Both the position numbers and the translations under genes were made by a program. Shown here piece after piece: positions 37,495 through 48,007 of a stretch of DNA of 64,000 nt. The DNA is from Rugosimonospora sp. (lineage in GTDB: Bacteria; Actinomycetota; Actinomycetes; Mycobacteriales; Micromonosporaceae). Position 1 is the first letter of the stretch; each line of letters starts with the position of its first letter. The notes below the pieces were generated by a model. That model had not been told where the DNA came from and ran no database searches. It saw only the letters and a program-made list of their open reading frames with translations. The DNA is taken from NCBI GenBank assembly GCA_035278125.1, contig DATEJJ010000852.1, positions 757-64,756 on the forward strand, in the 5' to 3' direction.

Positions 37495-38688
37495 ATGAAA
37501 GTGCTATTCACAACCTGGGCCTGGCGGTCGCACTACTTCCCGATGGTGCCGCTCGGCTGGGCATTCCTGGCCGCCGGCCACGAGGTCCGGGTGGCGAGCC
37601 GGCCCGGCCTGGTCGACGACATCACCGGCTCCGGCCTGCCGGCCGTGGCGGTCGGGCCGGACCTGGACTTCCAGACCGTCTTCCGGGAGCAGATCGGCAA
37701 TCCGCTCGAGCGGACACACGACGCCACCCAGAGCCTGAGCGAGATGCGCCGCACGGGCCGGCTGGAGCGGGTGCTGCGGGCGATCGGCGTGGCGCGACGC
37801 TACGCCGACGCCATGGCCGATGACATCCTCGCATTCGCGCAGACGTGGCGGCCGGACCTCGTCGTGTTCGAGCCGCTGAACATGGCCGGCCCGCTCGTCG
37901 GCAAGCTGCTGCGGGTGCCGACCGCGCGGCACCTGTGGAGCGCCGACTTCACCGGAGGTATCGGCGAGATCGAGGCGGAGGTGACCGCACCGCTGGCCGC
38001 GCGGTTCGGCCTGCAGACCCTGCACCTGCTCGGCGACGTGACGGTCGATCCGTGCCCGCCGTCGATGCAGACACCGGCTCCGGTACGGCGGGAGCTCATG
38101 CGGTACGTGCCCTACAACGGCCGAGCGATGGCACCCACCTGGGTGCTGGAACCGCCCGTGCGTCCGCGGGTGTGCCTCACGTGGGGCACGCAGACAGCCG
38201 GCATCGGCCAGAATGACCTGTTCCTCGTCTCCCAGGTGCTGGGGGCACTGGCCGGACTCGACGCGGAGATCGTGGTAGCGGTGACGCCGGAGCAACGCGC
38301 GCAGCTGACCGAGGTGCCGGCGAACGCACGCGTCCTCGACGAGCCGCTGGCCCTGCATCTGTGGGTCGGCACCTGTGACCTGCTGATCCATCAGGGCGGT
38401 TCGGGCACCACGATGACGTCGTTGCTCAACGGCGTGCCGAACCTGGTGCTGCCGCAGATCATGGACCAGGTGTTCACCGCGCGCCAGATCGCGTCCACCG
38501 GCGCGGGCCGGTATGTCCAGGGCAGCGAGGCCACCCCGGGGGTCGTGCGCGACACCGTCGTCGAGATGCTCGCCGACCGCCGCTACCAGCAGGCCGCGCG
38601 CGAGGTCGGCGACGAGATGCGGGCAATGCCGCCGGCCCCGAGCGTTGTCGCTGCGCTTGAGGGGTTCGCGCAGGCGTCGGCGAACTGA
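37495..38688 (+). CDS. GT1-family (macrolide/aromatic-polyketide type) glycosyltransferase A
   Basis: ORF 37120..38688. Start at ATG 37495 after GGAGGAG. N-terminus MKVLFTTWAWRSHYFPMVPLGWAFLAAGHEVRV. C-terminal HQGGSGTTMTSLLNGVPNLVLPQIMDQ. Confidence 0.9.
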   Translation: MKVLFTTWAWRSHYFPMVPLGWAFLAAGHEVRVASRPGLVDDITGSGLPAVAVGPDLDFQTVFREQIGNPLERTHDATQSLSEMRRTGRLERVLRAIGVARRYADAMADDILAFAQTWRPDLVVFEPLNMAGPLVGKLLRVPTARHLWSADFTGGIGEIEAEVTAPLAARFGLQTLHLLGDVTVDPCPPSMQTPAPVRRELMRYVPYNGRAMAPTWVLEPPVRPRVCLTWGTQTAGIGQNDLFLVSQVLGALAGLDAEIVVAVTPEQRAQLTEVPANARVLDEPLALHLWVGTCDLLIHQGGSGTTMTSLLNGVPNLVLPQIMDQVFTARQIASTGAGRYVQGSEATPGVVRDTVVEMLADRRYQQAAREVGDEMRAMPPAPSVVAALEGFAQASAN

Positions 38689-38694
38689 GGCGTA

Positions 38695-38720
38695 GCCGGC
38701 GCCAGCGAGAGATCGCCGGC
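38695..38720. terminator. Hairpin GCCGGCG-N12-CGCCGGC between convergent genes
   Basis: 7-bp GC stem read directly from the sequence. No clear U-tract. Confidence 0.25.
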
Positions 38721-38744
38721 GCGCGGGCTCCCCTCAGTGACTCC

Positions 38745-39773
38745 TCAGTCGCCGACGCCCGAGCGGCGCCAGGCGTCCGCGAGAGCGCGTACCGTCGCCC
38801 GCTGCTCCCCCTCGCCACGCGCCAGGACCGTGGCGCCCAGCGTTGTCACGCCGGCCTTGCGGTACTCGCCGAGCCGGTTGGCGACGCGCTGCAGCGGGCC
38901 GATGAGCGACACCTCGTCCATCAGTTCGACCGGGACCGCTGCGGCCGCGGCGCGCATGTCCCCGGCACGATGGCGCTCGTGGATCGCGGCCACCGCGTCG
39001 CCGTAGCCGAGGCTGGTGAACAGCCGCGCGTAGAAGTTCCGCGTAGCCTCGCCCATGCCGAGATAGCGTGCGAAGTAGTCCCGTACGCGATCGGCGCCTT
39101 CGGCGACCGTGTCGGCGATGCCGACCGGTACCGACGGCAACACCTCGAACCGGGAGCCGCGGCCGCCCGGACGACGACTGCGACCGGCCTCGATTTGCTC
39201 GATCGCGGCCGCGATACGGGCGGGCGAGGCGAACACGCCGATCCAGCCGTCGGCGATCTCCCCGGTCAGCCGGAGGCTCGCGTCGCCCACCGCGGCCAGA
39301 AAGATGGGAATATCCTGCCGCGCACCAGGTGTGTCGAGCCGGGCGGGCATCGCGCCCGCCGCACCGGGCAACCGGAAATGGCGCCCGGCGTAGACCACCG
39401 GCTCCCGGCTCAGTGCCAGCCTGACGATCTCGACGTACTCGCGGACGCGTTGCAGCGGCTCGGCGAACGGCACGCCGTACCAGCCCTCGCTGACCGCGGC
39501 ATTGGACACGCCGAGCCCGAGATGGAACCGGCCGCCGGACAGCGCGTCGAGCGTCGCGGCGGTGAGCGCCGCCATCACCGGCGTCCGGGCCGCCAGCTGG
39601 GCGACGCCGGTGCCCAGACCGATCGTGCCGGTGGAGGCGGCCACCGCGCCCAGCACGCTCATCGCGTCGGACTTGAATCCCTCCGGCGCCAGCGCCATCG
39701 CGTAGCCCAGCCGTTCGGCCTCGCGGGCCACGGCCGGTGCGGTCGAGTACGACAGAAACACTCCAAGCCGCAT
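38745..39773 (-). CDS. Luciferase-like (LLM class, probably F420-dependent) oxidoreductase
   Basis: ORF 38745..40244(-). Start at ATG 39773 (MRLGVFLSY) with GAGGAG 8 nt upstream. LLM pattern: FHLGLGVS, PIFLAAVG. Confidence 0.85.
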   Translation of the reverse strand: MRLGVFLSYSTAPAVAREAERLGYAMALAPEGFKSDAMSVLGAVAASTGTIGLGTGVAQLAARTPVMAALTAATLDALSGGRFHLGLGVSNAAVSEGWYGVPFAEPLQRVREYVEIVRLALSREPVVYAGRHFRLPGAAGAMPARLDTPGARQDIPIFLAAVGDASLRLTGEIADGWIGVFASPARIAAAIEQIEAGRSRRPGGRGSRFEVLPSVPVGIADTVAEGADRVRDYFARYLGMGEATRNFYARLFTSLGYGDAVAAIHERHRAGDMRAAAAAVPVELMDEVSLIGPLQRVANRLGEYRKAGVTTLGATVLARGEGEQRATVRALADAWRRSGVGD

Positions 39774-39807
39774 AGGACACTCCTCGCTCATCGTCGCGTC
39801 GTGGGAC

Positions 39808-39850
39808 AGCGTCGCGCATGGCGGTCCAAGACTCGTCGAGACGACTTCGA
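39808..39850 (-). promoter_or_regulatory. SARP-type promoter candidate for LLM gene: TCGAAGT-N4-TCGACGA-N4-TGGACCG-N8-GACGCT (minus strand)
   Basis: Read directly from the sequence. It shares the palindromic TCGA cores with the plus-strand array at 39836-39878. Confidence 0.35.
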
Positions 39851-39878
39851 GCGGCCCGCGAACGCCGGGCGGCAACCT
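39836..39878 (+). promoter_or_regulatory. SARP-type promoter candidate for GT-B: TCGAGAC-N4-TCGAGCG-N4-GCGAACG-N8-CAACCT
   Basis: Three heptamers at 11-bp phasing, then an 8-bp gap and a -10-like hexamer that ends 6 nt before ATG 39885. This implies a leaderless transcript. Confidence 0.5.
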
Positions 39879-39884
39879 GTCCAC

Positions 39885-41045
39885 ATGCGGGTATTGATGA
39901 CGACGTGGTCGTGGGCCACCCACTTCTATCCGGTGGTGCCCATCGGCTGGGCCCTGCGAGCGGCCGGCCACGAGGTCCGCGTGGCCTGCCCGCCCGGCTT
40001 CGCGTCCGTGGTGGCCGGCAGCGGGCTGACGCCGGTGCCGGTGGGTGCGGACGTCGATGCGGCCGACTTCATGTACCGCCAGCCTCGGGCAGCTGACGAG
40101 GGCTCGCCCGACGAGCCGGTCGAGGATCGGCGGGCACCGAGCCGACTGCGGCGGGCAGTGGCCACGATCACCGCCTGCGCCGAGAACATCGCCGACGACA
40201 TGGTCGAGTTCGCCCGGCAGTGGCGGCCCGATCTGATCATCCACGAACCGATGGGATACGCCGGCCCGATCGTGGCCCAGGTACTCGGCGTGCCGGCCGT
40301 TCGCGTGCTCTGGGCGCTGGACATCAGCGAGCTGACCCGCCCGGCGGAGCAGGAACTACTGGCACCGCTGGCCGCGCGGTTCGGACTCGACGCCGTCGAC
40401 ACGTACAGCCCGGTCACGATCGACCCGAACCCGGTGTCGCTGCGAACGCCGTCGCCCGGTGAACACTGGCCGGTGCGGTACGTGCCGCACAACGGTCCGG
40501 GTGTCGTCCCGGACTGGCTGTTCGAACCGCCGCAGCGGCCACGGGTCTGCGTCACCTGGGGCACGTCGCTCGCGGTCATCGGCGGCAATTCGATGTTCCA
40601 CGCGCCGGTGGTGGTCGACGTCCTCGCGGACATGGACGCCGAGGTGGTCGTCGCGGTCGAGGACTCGCACCGGCAGTACTTCGGGAACCTGCCGCCCAAC
40701 GTGCGCCACGTCGGCCGGTTGCCGCTGGACCCGTTGTTCGCCGGCTGCGCCGCGGTCGTGCACCAGAGCGGCGGCGGCACCATGATGAACGCGCTGGTGC
40801 ACGGACTCCCGCAGGTGCTCGTGCCGCACGTGCCGGACCAGGTGTACTACGCGCGCCGGATCGAACCGACGGGCGCGGCGAGCCACCTGCTCGCCAGCCG
40901 GCTGGACACGGAGACGCTGCGTGGGCAGATCGACCGGATGCTGCACGAGCAGAAGCCCCGTGCCGCAGCCGAGTCGATCCGCGACGAGATGCGCGGCTTC
41001 CCGACCCCGAGCGACCTCGTGGACCGGCTCGTCGCGCTCACCTGA
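39885..41045 (+). CDS. GT1-family glycosyltransferase B
   Basis: ORF 38970..41045. Start at ATG 39885 (MRVLMTTWSWATHFYPVVPIGWALRAAGHEVRV). C-terminal HQSGGGTMMNALVHGLPQVLVPHVPDQ. Confidence 0.9.
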   Translation: MRVLMTTWSWATHFYPVVPIGWALRAAGHEVRVACPPGFASVVAGSGLTPVPVGADVDAADFMYRQPRAADEGSPDEPVEDRRAPSRLRRAVATITACAENIADDMVEFARQWRPDLIIHEPMGYAGPIVAQVLGVPAVRVLWALDISELTRPAEQELLAPLAARFGLDAVDTYSPVTIDPNPVSLRTPSPGEHWPVRYVPHNGPGVVPDWLFEPPQRPRVCVTWGTSLAVIGGNSMFHAPVVVDVLADMDAEVVVAVEDSHRQYFGNLPPNVRHVGRLPLDPLFAGCAAVVHQSGGGTMMNALVHGLPQVLVPHVPDQVYYARRIEPTGAASHLLASRLDTETLRGQIDRMLHEQKPRAAAESIRDEMRGFPTPSDLVDRLVALT

Positions 41046-42300
41046 ACGCACGCACCACGTACATCTTCAGGTCCGGCGGGAGTTCGGGCACGCTCTCCAC
41101 CTCGACCTGGAAACCCTGTCCGGTCAACAGTCCGGTCACCGCGTCGAGCCGGCCGTCCACGTCGTAGACCTCGACCGCGATCCGCTGCACGCGGGGCCAG
41201 TGCCGGGCGTCCACACCGTGCAGGACGGCCAGTTCGGCCCCCTCCACGTCGACCTTCAGCAGCGCTATCGGGCGGTCGTCGCGCCGCCGATCCAGCAACG
41301 CCGTCAACGTGTCGACGTCGGCGATCACCGGTTCGGCCGCGAACAGCCGCTGGGCCCGCTCCTCGCCCGCGTACCGGGCGACGACCGCGACCTGACCGTC
41401 CTTCTCCCGGGGGTACCGGGTGGAGTTGGCCGGGCGCCGCGGGTAGTACGTGAAACCGACGCCGAGCTCCGGTTCGCTGCCCAGCGCGATCGGGTACACC
41501 TCGACGCCCTCGGCGCCGTGCCGGGCCAGGTTCTTCCGCAGCGCCGTCACGAGCAGCGGTACCGGCTCCACAGCGACCACGGTGGCGTCGGGCAGCTGCC
41601 GCTTAACGAACAGCGAGAATAGCCCGATGTTCGCGCCCACATCGACGATCAGCTGGCCGGGATCGGTGGGCAGCGGATCGCGGACGTACTGGCCGGACTC
41701 GAAGATTTCCCGGTAAACGAAGCGCGTCTCGGTCTCCTCAGGTGCGTAACAGGCGAAATCGTCGGTCAGCCGCACCAGCCGCAGCCCGTCCTCGCCGATC
41801 TCCTCCTCGTGTGCTGCCCCGTCCGGTTCGGCAAGCCAGCGCCCGTCGCGCATGACGACCCTCGTGTCGATCTCCTGCGGTCCGCGCCAGGCCAGGACGG
41901 TCCGCGGGCGCAGCCGTATGCAGACCATCCCGGGCGCTCGCAGCGGGCTGATCGGCAGTGTCGCAAGCTTGACGGCAGTGGCGGTGTCTACGTCGTGGAC
42001 GGACACCAGGTCGACCGTGCCGTCGATCAGCACGACGTCGCGGGTGTGGCCGAGCGCGATGCGCGTCCGGCCGGCCGCACGCAGGTTGCGAGCGGTGCGG
42101 CTGGCCGCACTCGTCGCCATCAGCACCTCGCCCTTGTGCCAGACGAACGCGACCGGGATCAGGTGCGCGTCGCCATCCGCGGCGGATGCAAGCCACAGGT
42201 GCCGTTCGCTTTCGAGCAACGCCAGCACGTCGGCCCGCCGCCGACCGGCGCTGCGCGACGGGCCGAACGGCCCCGGCCCGGCGACCACGGTTTCAGCCAT
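41038..42300 (-). CDS. Fusion protein: N-terminal PNPOx-like (FMN/F420 split-barrel) domain + C-terminal FkbM-family methyltransferase
   Basis: N-terminal half: HLWLASAADGDAHLIPVAFVWHKGEVLMATSAASRTARNL. C-terminal half: VDVGANIGLFSL, LLKVDVEGAELAVL (Methyltransf_21-like). Confidence 0.8.
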   Translation of the reverse strand: MAETVVAGPGPFGPSRSAGRRRADVLALLESERHLWLASAADGDAHLIPVAFVWHKGEVLMATSAASRTARNLRAAGRTRIALGHTRDVVLIDGTVDLVSVHDVDTATAVKLATLPISPLRAPGMVCIRLRPRTVLAWRGPQEIDTRVVMRDGRWLAEPDGAAHEEEIGEDGLRLVRLTDDFACYAPEETETRFVYREIFESGQYVRDPLPTDPGQLIVDVGANIGLFSLFVKRQLPDATVVAVEPVPLLVTALRKNLARHGAEGVEVYPIALGSEPELGVGFTYYPRRPANSTRYPREKDGQVAVVARYAGEERAQRLFAAEPVIADVDTLTALLDRRRDDRPIALLKVDVEGAELAVLHGVDARHWPRVQRIAVEVYDVDGRLDAVTGLLTGQGFQVEVESVPELPPDLKMYVVRAFR

Positions 42301-43495
42301 CGTTCGCTCCCTTCAGATCGGCGAGTCGCCGCGCCACCGCGGCGGGCGCGGGCATGCCTTCGATCTCTGTACGCAGTTGCCGGGCGCGTTCGGCGAACGC
42401 CGCGGTGTCGAGCATCGTCGCGCCGGCCTCGCGGATCGCGTCCGTGGTCGCCTCGGTCGTGGGCAGGAACATCGCGGCGCCGGTATCCGCGACCTGGCGG
42501 GCGTAGAACAGCTGATCGGGCAGGTGCGGCACGATGAGCTGTGGCACGCCCGCGGCCGTCGCGGTCATCGCGGTACCCATCCCGCCCTGGTGGACCACCA
42601 GATCGCAGCTGCCAAGCACCAGGTGCAGCGGCATCGAGCACGCCACACGCACGTCGTCCGGCAGCGGGCCGAGCAACTCGAGATCGGCCTCGGCGACCGC
42701 CACGACGAGTTCGCCACCGACCGTGCGCAACGCCTCGACCGCCCGCGCGGCGAGGTGCTCGCTGGGTGCCACCATGCGCCCGGTCGACGTGCCCCAGGTG
42801 ACGCAGATCCGGGGCCGCTTCGGCTCCTCCAGCAGCCACCGGGGCGCCAGCCCAGATCCGTTGTACGGCACGTACCGCATGAGCAGGCGGCGACGCACGG
42901 TCGAGGGCACCTGCATGCTCGGCGGGCACGGATCGACCGTCGCGGCGCCAAGCATGTCCACACTGGACAGTCCGAGCCGGTCGGCGATCGGCGCGACGAG
43001 GTCCGGTTCGAGCTGGCGGCCCTGGTAGGTGATATCGACGCCGTATGTGTGCCGCACCGACGGGATGCCGAGCGCCTTGGCGGCGATCGGCCCGGCGTAG
43101 GTCGTCGGCTCGTGCACGACGACGTCGGCTCCCCAGTCGTCGCCGACGCTGATCAGGTCGTCGACCATGAGGTCCGCCCGCGCCGCGAACACCGCGAAGA
43201 CCTGCCGTACGCGTTCGCGCCGCCGCTCGTCCCACTCCTGCACGGTGGCGCCCGCGGGTGGTGGCGCGGGTACGGCCGAGATCGCGCCGCCGCCGAGCAC
43301 CCGCGCCCGCAGCGCGGCGTGGTCGACGTCCTCCCCGGTGGCCACGCCGGTCAGGCCGGCCGCCATGATCTGCGGTATCAGCGCGGGCTGGCTGGCCACC
43401 AGCACGTCGTGGCCTGCGGTACGCATCGCCCAAGCCAGCGTCACCATCGGATACAGGTGCGACGGCCACGCCCACGTGGTGAACAGGGCCCTCAT
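42293..43495 (-). CDS. GT1-family glycosyltransferase C
   Basis: Starts MRALFTTWAWPSHLYPMVTLAWAMRTAGHDVLV. C-terminal HQGGMGTAMTATAAGVPQLIVPHLPDQ. ATGA overlap with the ferredoxin stop. Confidence 0.9.
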   Translation of the reverse strand: MRALFTTWAWPSHLYPMVTLAWAMRTAGHDVLVASQPALIPQIMAAGLTGVATGEDVDHAALRARVLGGGAISAVPAPPPAGATVQEWDERRRERVRQVFAVFAARADLMVDDLISVGDDWGADVVVHEPTTYAGPIAAKALGIPSVRHTYGVDITYQGRQLEPDLVAPIADRLGLSSVDMLGAATVDPCPPSMQVPSTVRRRLLMRYVPYNGSGLAPRWLLEEPKRPRICVTWGTSTGRMVAPSEHLAARAVEALRTVGGELVVAVAEADLELLGPLPDDVRVACSMPLHLVLGSCDLVVHQGGMGTAMTATAAGVPQLIVPHLPDQLFYARQVADTGAAMFLPTTEATTDAIREAGATMLDTAAFAERARQLRTEIEGMPAPAAVARRLADLKGANDG

Positions 43496-43695
43496 CCCGC
43501 GTCCTGCCCGTCGATCCGGATCGTGCCGGTGGGACAGCGCCGGGCGGCCTCGCGTACCGCGTCGTGCAATGCCTCCGGCGGTTCGGGAAGGCGGACGACC
43601 ACGACGCAGTCGTCGTCCAACCCGAACACCTCCGGCGTGGCGAGTTCACATTGACCGGTGCTGCAGCACAGGTCCCGCATCACCGTCACCTTCAT
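43492..43695 (-). CDS. Small [3Fe-4S]-type ferredoxin
   Basis: 67 aa. Contains CCSTGQC...CP, the Cys pattern typical of P450-partner ferredoxins. Immediately downstream of the two P450 genes. Confidence 0.8.
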   Translation of the reverse strand: MKVTVMRDLCCSTGQCELATPEVFGLDDDCVVVVRLPEPPEALHDAVREAARRCPTGTIRIDGQDAG

Positions 43696-43702
43696 CGTTC
43701 AC

Positions 43703-44896
43703 TCACCACGCGACCGGCACCTCGACGAAGCCCTCCAGCAGTGCGCCCTCGTAGCGGCGCAGTTCACCGGGTGGCACGCCGAGATGGAGCTTGGGGAACC
43801 GGGCGAGCAGCGTGCTGAGCGCGATCTGCAGTTCGAGTCGGGCCAGCGCGGCGCCGATGCAGAAGTGCGGACCGGCGCTGAACGTGAGGTGGTGATTGTC
43901 GGTGCGGGTCACATCGAAGCGCCACGGATCGGCGAAGACGCGCTCGTCCTGATTCGCCGAGTCGGCGGCCGGGATTACACTGGTCCCGGCGGGTATCACC
44001 TCGCCACCGACCTCGATGTCCTCGGTGACGTAGCGCAGCATCGAGACCGACGAGCCGACGAGCTTCCAGCGCAGCATCTCTTCGATGGCGCCGGGCAGCA
44101 GCGTCATGTCCTCGCGTACGGCATGAAGCTGATCCGGGTGGGCCAGCAACAGCGCCACGCTGCCGGCGATCTGGGTCGCCGTGGTCTCATAGCCGACCAG
44201 CAGCAGCAGCCTCGTCCACCAGTGCAGCTCGTACTCGGTGAGCCGACCGTCGTCGTCATCGTGCACGGCGATGAGCCCGCTGATGAGGTCTTCGCCGGGT
44301 GCCACCCGCTTCGCCTCGATGAGGTCGCCGATGTACTGGCGCAACTCCATCATCGAGGCGCGGATCTGCTCGGGCGGGAACCGGCTGACGGAGAGGAACG
44401 CGTCGGTCCAATCGCGGAACCTGTCGCGGTCCTCGCCAGGCACGCCGAGCAGTTCGCAGACCACCTGGATGCTCAGTGGGAACGCCAGCGCCTCGTTCAC
44501 GTCGGCTGGCGGCGAACCGGCGGCCATGGTGTCGACGAGGGAGTCGGCGATCGCCTGCACCGACGGGCGCAGCGACTCCACCCGCGCGGCCGAGAACGTG
44601 TGCATCACCAGGCGCCGCACCCGCGTGTGCTCCGGTGGGTCGGGATTGATCCGCTCGTCGTTGAACATCGCGTTGCCGTGCGTGATCCGCGCCGCGCCGG
44701 GCCGGTTCATGTTGCGGCTGACCCGCGGGTCACATAGCACCGACCGCACGTCCTCGTGCCGGGTAACCAGCACCGCCCGGTCACCGCTGGGCAGCGTTAC
44801 CGGTACGGCCGGGCGCTTGCGCAGGTCGGCAAGCTCCTTGGGCGGGTCGAGCGCGGACGGCCGCTTGAACGGGTAGGCGACGGGTTCGGTTGTCAT
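43703..44896 (-). CDS. Cytochrome P450 (paralog 1)
   Basis: I-helix LLLLVGYETT, EELLR (ExxR-like: EEMLRW), heme loop FSAGPHFCIGAALARLE. Confidence 0.9.
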   Translation of the reverse strand: MTTEPVAYPFKRPSALDPPKELADLRKRPAVPVTLPSGDRAVLVTRHEDVRSVLCDPRVSRNMNRPGAARITHGNAMFNDERINPDPPEHTRVRRLVMHTFSAARVESLRPSVQAIADSLVDTMAAGSPPADVNEALAFPLSIQVVCELLGVPGEDRDRFRDWTDAFLSVSRFPPEQIRASMMELRQYIGDLIEAKRVAPGEDLISGLIAVHDDDDGRLTEYELHWWTRLLLLVGYETTATQIAGSVALLLAHPDQLHAVREDMTLLPGAIEEMLRWKLVGSSVSMLRYVTEDIEVGGEVIPAGTSVIPAADSANQDERVFADPWRFDVTRTDNHHLTFSAGPHFCIGAALARLELQIALSTLLARFPKLHLGVPPGELRRYEGALLEGFVEVPVAW

Positions 44897-44897
44897 C

Positions 44898-46058
44898 TCA
44901 GACCCCCTCCGGGACGTCGCCCCAGGCGACGGGAATATCCACGAACGACTGCAGGAACGGGTCGTCCTTGCGGTTGAGTTGCTCCGGCGCGACGGCGAGC
45001 CGCAGGGCCGGAATCCGGGCCAGCCGGTTGAGTGCCACCTGCATCTCCAGCCGGGCCAGCGCGGCGCCCACGCAGAAGTGCGGGCCCGCGCTGAACAGCA
45101 GCTGCCGGTTGTCCCGGCGCGTGATGTCCAGGAGGTCCGGGTCCTCGAACACCGTCTCGTCGAGATTCGCCGACTCGAGCGCGGCGATCACGCTGGCCCC
45201 CTTGGGGATCCGGACCCCGCCAACCTCGATGTCGTCGGTGACGTAGCGCAGCATGGACAACGACGCACCCACGACCTGGCGGCGCAGTAGCTCCTCCACG
45301 GCCGAGGGCGCCAGCGTGGGATCCTCCCGCAGCAATCGGAACTGCCCCGGGTGGGCCAGCAGGCTGACGACGGCCCCGCCCAGCTGCGCAGCCGTGGTCT
45401 CGTAGCCGGCGAGCAGAAGCAGCATGCACCACCAGCGCAGTTCGTGATCGCTGAGCCGGCTGTTGTCCTCGTCGTGGACCGCGATCAGCGCGCTGATCAG
45501 GCCGTCGTCGGGCTGCCGGCGCTTGTCCTCGATGAGGCCGCGCATGTAGTCCCACGCCGGCGCGGCCGTACCGCCCTCGAAGTGGTGCTTGTCCTGAGCG
45601 GGCACGCCCAGCAACGTACAGATGACGTTGATGCTCAACGGCAGCGTGAGTTGCGAGTTCAGCTCGCCCGGCGAACCGCCCGCCAGCATGGCGCCGACAA
45701 GGTCGTCCACCATGGACTCGACCGCCGGACGCATCGCCTCGACCCGGGTCGCGGTGAACGCCTGCATCACAAGACGGCGCATCCGCGTGTGCGCGGGCGG
45801 ATCCATATCGACCTGGCGCTGGAACACCTTGGTCTTGGTGGCCGTCATCCGTGCCACATCCGGGCGGTTGCGGTTCTTGCTCAGCCGCGGATCCGACAAC
45901 ATCGTGCGGATGTCGTGGTAGCGGGTGACGAGCCACGCGACATCGCCGCTCGGCAGGCGTACGCGAAGGGCCGGCCGGTCGCGCAGCTTCGCCATCTCGG
46001 GTGGCGTGTCGACCGGCCCGGTCCACGCGAACGGGTAGTCGGGCAGGGGTTCTCCCAT
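44898..46058 (-). CDS. Cytochrome P450 (paralog 2)
   Basis: ORF 44898..46682(-). Start at ATG 46058 (MGEPLPDYPF), in a TGATG junction with the KR stop. Motifs: LLLLAGYETT, FSAGPHFCVGAALARLE. Confidence 0.9.
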   Translation of the reverse strand: MGEPLPDYPFAWTGPVDTPPEMAKLRDRPALRVRLPSGDVAWLVTRYHDIRTMLSDPRLSKNRNRPDVARMTATKTKVFQRQVDMDPPAHTRMRRLVMQAFTATRVEAMRPAVESMVDDLVGAMLAGGSPGELNSQLTLPLSINVICTLLGVPAQDKHHFEGGTAAPAWDYMRGLIEDKRRQPDDGLISALIAVHDEDNSRLSDHELRWWCMLLLLAGYETTAAQLGGAVVSLLAHPGQFRLLREDPTLAPSAVEELLRRQVVGASLSMLRYVTDDIEVGGVRIPKGASVIAALESANLDETVFEDPDLLDITRRDNRQLLFSAGPHFCVGAALARLEMQVALNRLARIPALRLAVAPEQLNRKDDPFLQSFVDIPVAWGDVPEGV

Positions 46059-46804
46059 CAGATGCCCCCGTCGACGTGGATGATCTCGCCGCTGACGTAG
46101 GAGGACAGGTCGCTGGCGAGGAAGAGCACCACGCCACCGATCTCGGCGGGCCGCCCGAGGCGGCCGAGGGCGGTCATGGTGTCGTACCGTCGGCGCACGG
46201 CCTCGGGCAACTCGACCTCGGTATCGATCACGCCGGGGGAGACGAGGTTCACCCGGATCCCCTGCGGGCCGAGTTCCTTGCACAGGCTCCGGGTCAGCCC
46301 GATCAGGCCCGCCTTGGCCGCAGTGTAATGCGCCCGCAACGGCAGGCCCACCGTGGCCACTCGCGACCCGATGTTGACGATACTGGCGCCCGGGCCGAGC
46401 AACGGCAGGGCCCGCTGCGTCACAAGGAACGCCGCGGTGAGGTCCGTGTCGACCACCCGCCGCCACTCGGCCAGCGACAGCTCGGCGAACGGCACGTGGC
46501 TGATGGCGCCGGCGTTGTTCACCACGACGTCGAGTCCGCCGAGCCGGTCGCGGCACTCGCCGGTCAGGCGCGCCACCTCGTCTGGATCGGACACGTCGGC
46601 GGTGATGATGTGGTGGTTGCCGCCGGTCGCCTTCAACTCGGCGGCGAGGCTGTCCGCCAGTTCGCTGCGCTGCCGGTGGCACACCAGCACGTCGGCGCCG
46701 GCGGCCGCAAGCGTCGTCGCGATGCCGCGGCCCACGCCGCGGGTACCTCCGGTCACCAGCACTCGACGGCCGGCAACGCTGATCTTCGACGGGTCTGCTT
46801 GCAT
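46058..46804 (-). CDS. SDR-family ketoreductase (FabG/ActIII-like)
   Basis: ORF 46058..47065(-). Start at ATG 46804 with GGAGGT RBS. Motifs: VTGGTRGVGRG, NNAG, YTAAKAG. Confidence 0.9.
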   Translation of the reverse strand: MQADPSKISVAGRRVLVTGGTRGVGRGIATTLAAAGADVLVCHRQRSELADSLAAELKATGGNHHIITADVSDPDEVARLTGECRDRLGGLDVVVNNAGAISHVPFAELSLAEWRRVVDTDLTAAFLVTQRALPLLGPGASIVNIGSRVATVGLPLRAHYTAAKAGLIGLTRSLCKELGPQGIRVNLVSPGVIDTEVELPEAVRRRYDTMTALGRLGRPAEIGGVVLFLASDLSSYVSGEIIHVDGGI

Positions 46805-46824
46805 CGCGGTACCTCCAGGACGGG

Positions 46825-47994
<1,170 letters not shown>

Positions 47995-48007
<13 letters not shown>

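Noticed and set aside
38970-39884. N-terminal 305 aa of ORF 38970..41045(+)
   Set aside because: It is antisense to the LLM oxidoreductase. The GT1 consensus MRVLMTTWSW starts at 39885.
46059-46682. N-terminal extension of ORF 44898..46682(-)
   Set aside because: It overlaps the SDR ketoreductase in another frame. The P450 homology starts at MGEPLPDYPF (46058), which forms a TGATG junction with the KR stop.
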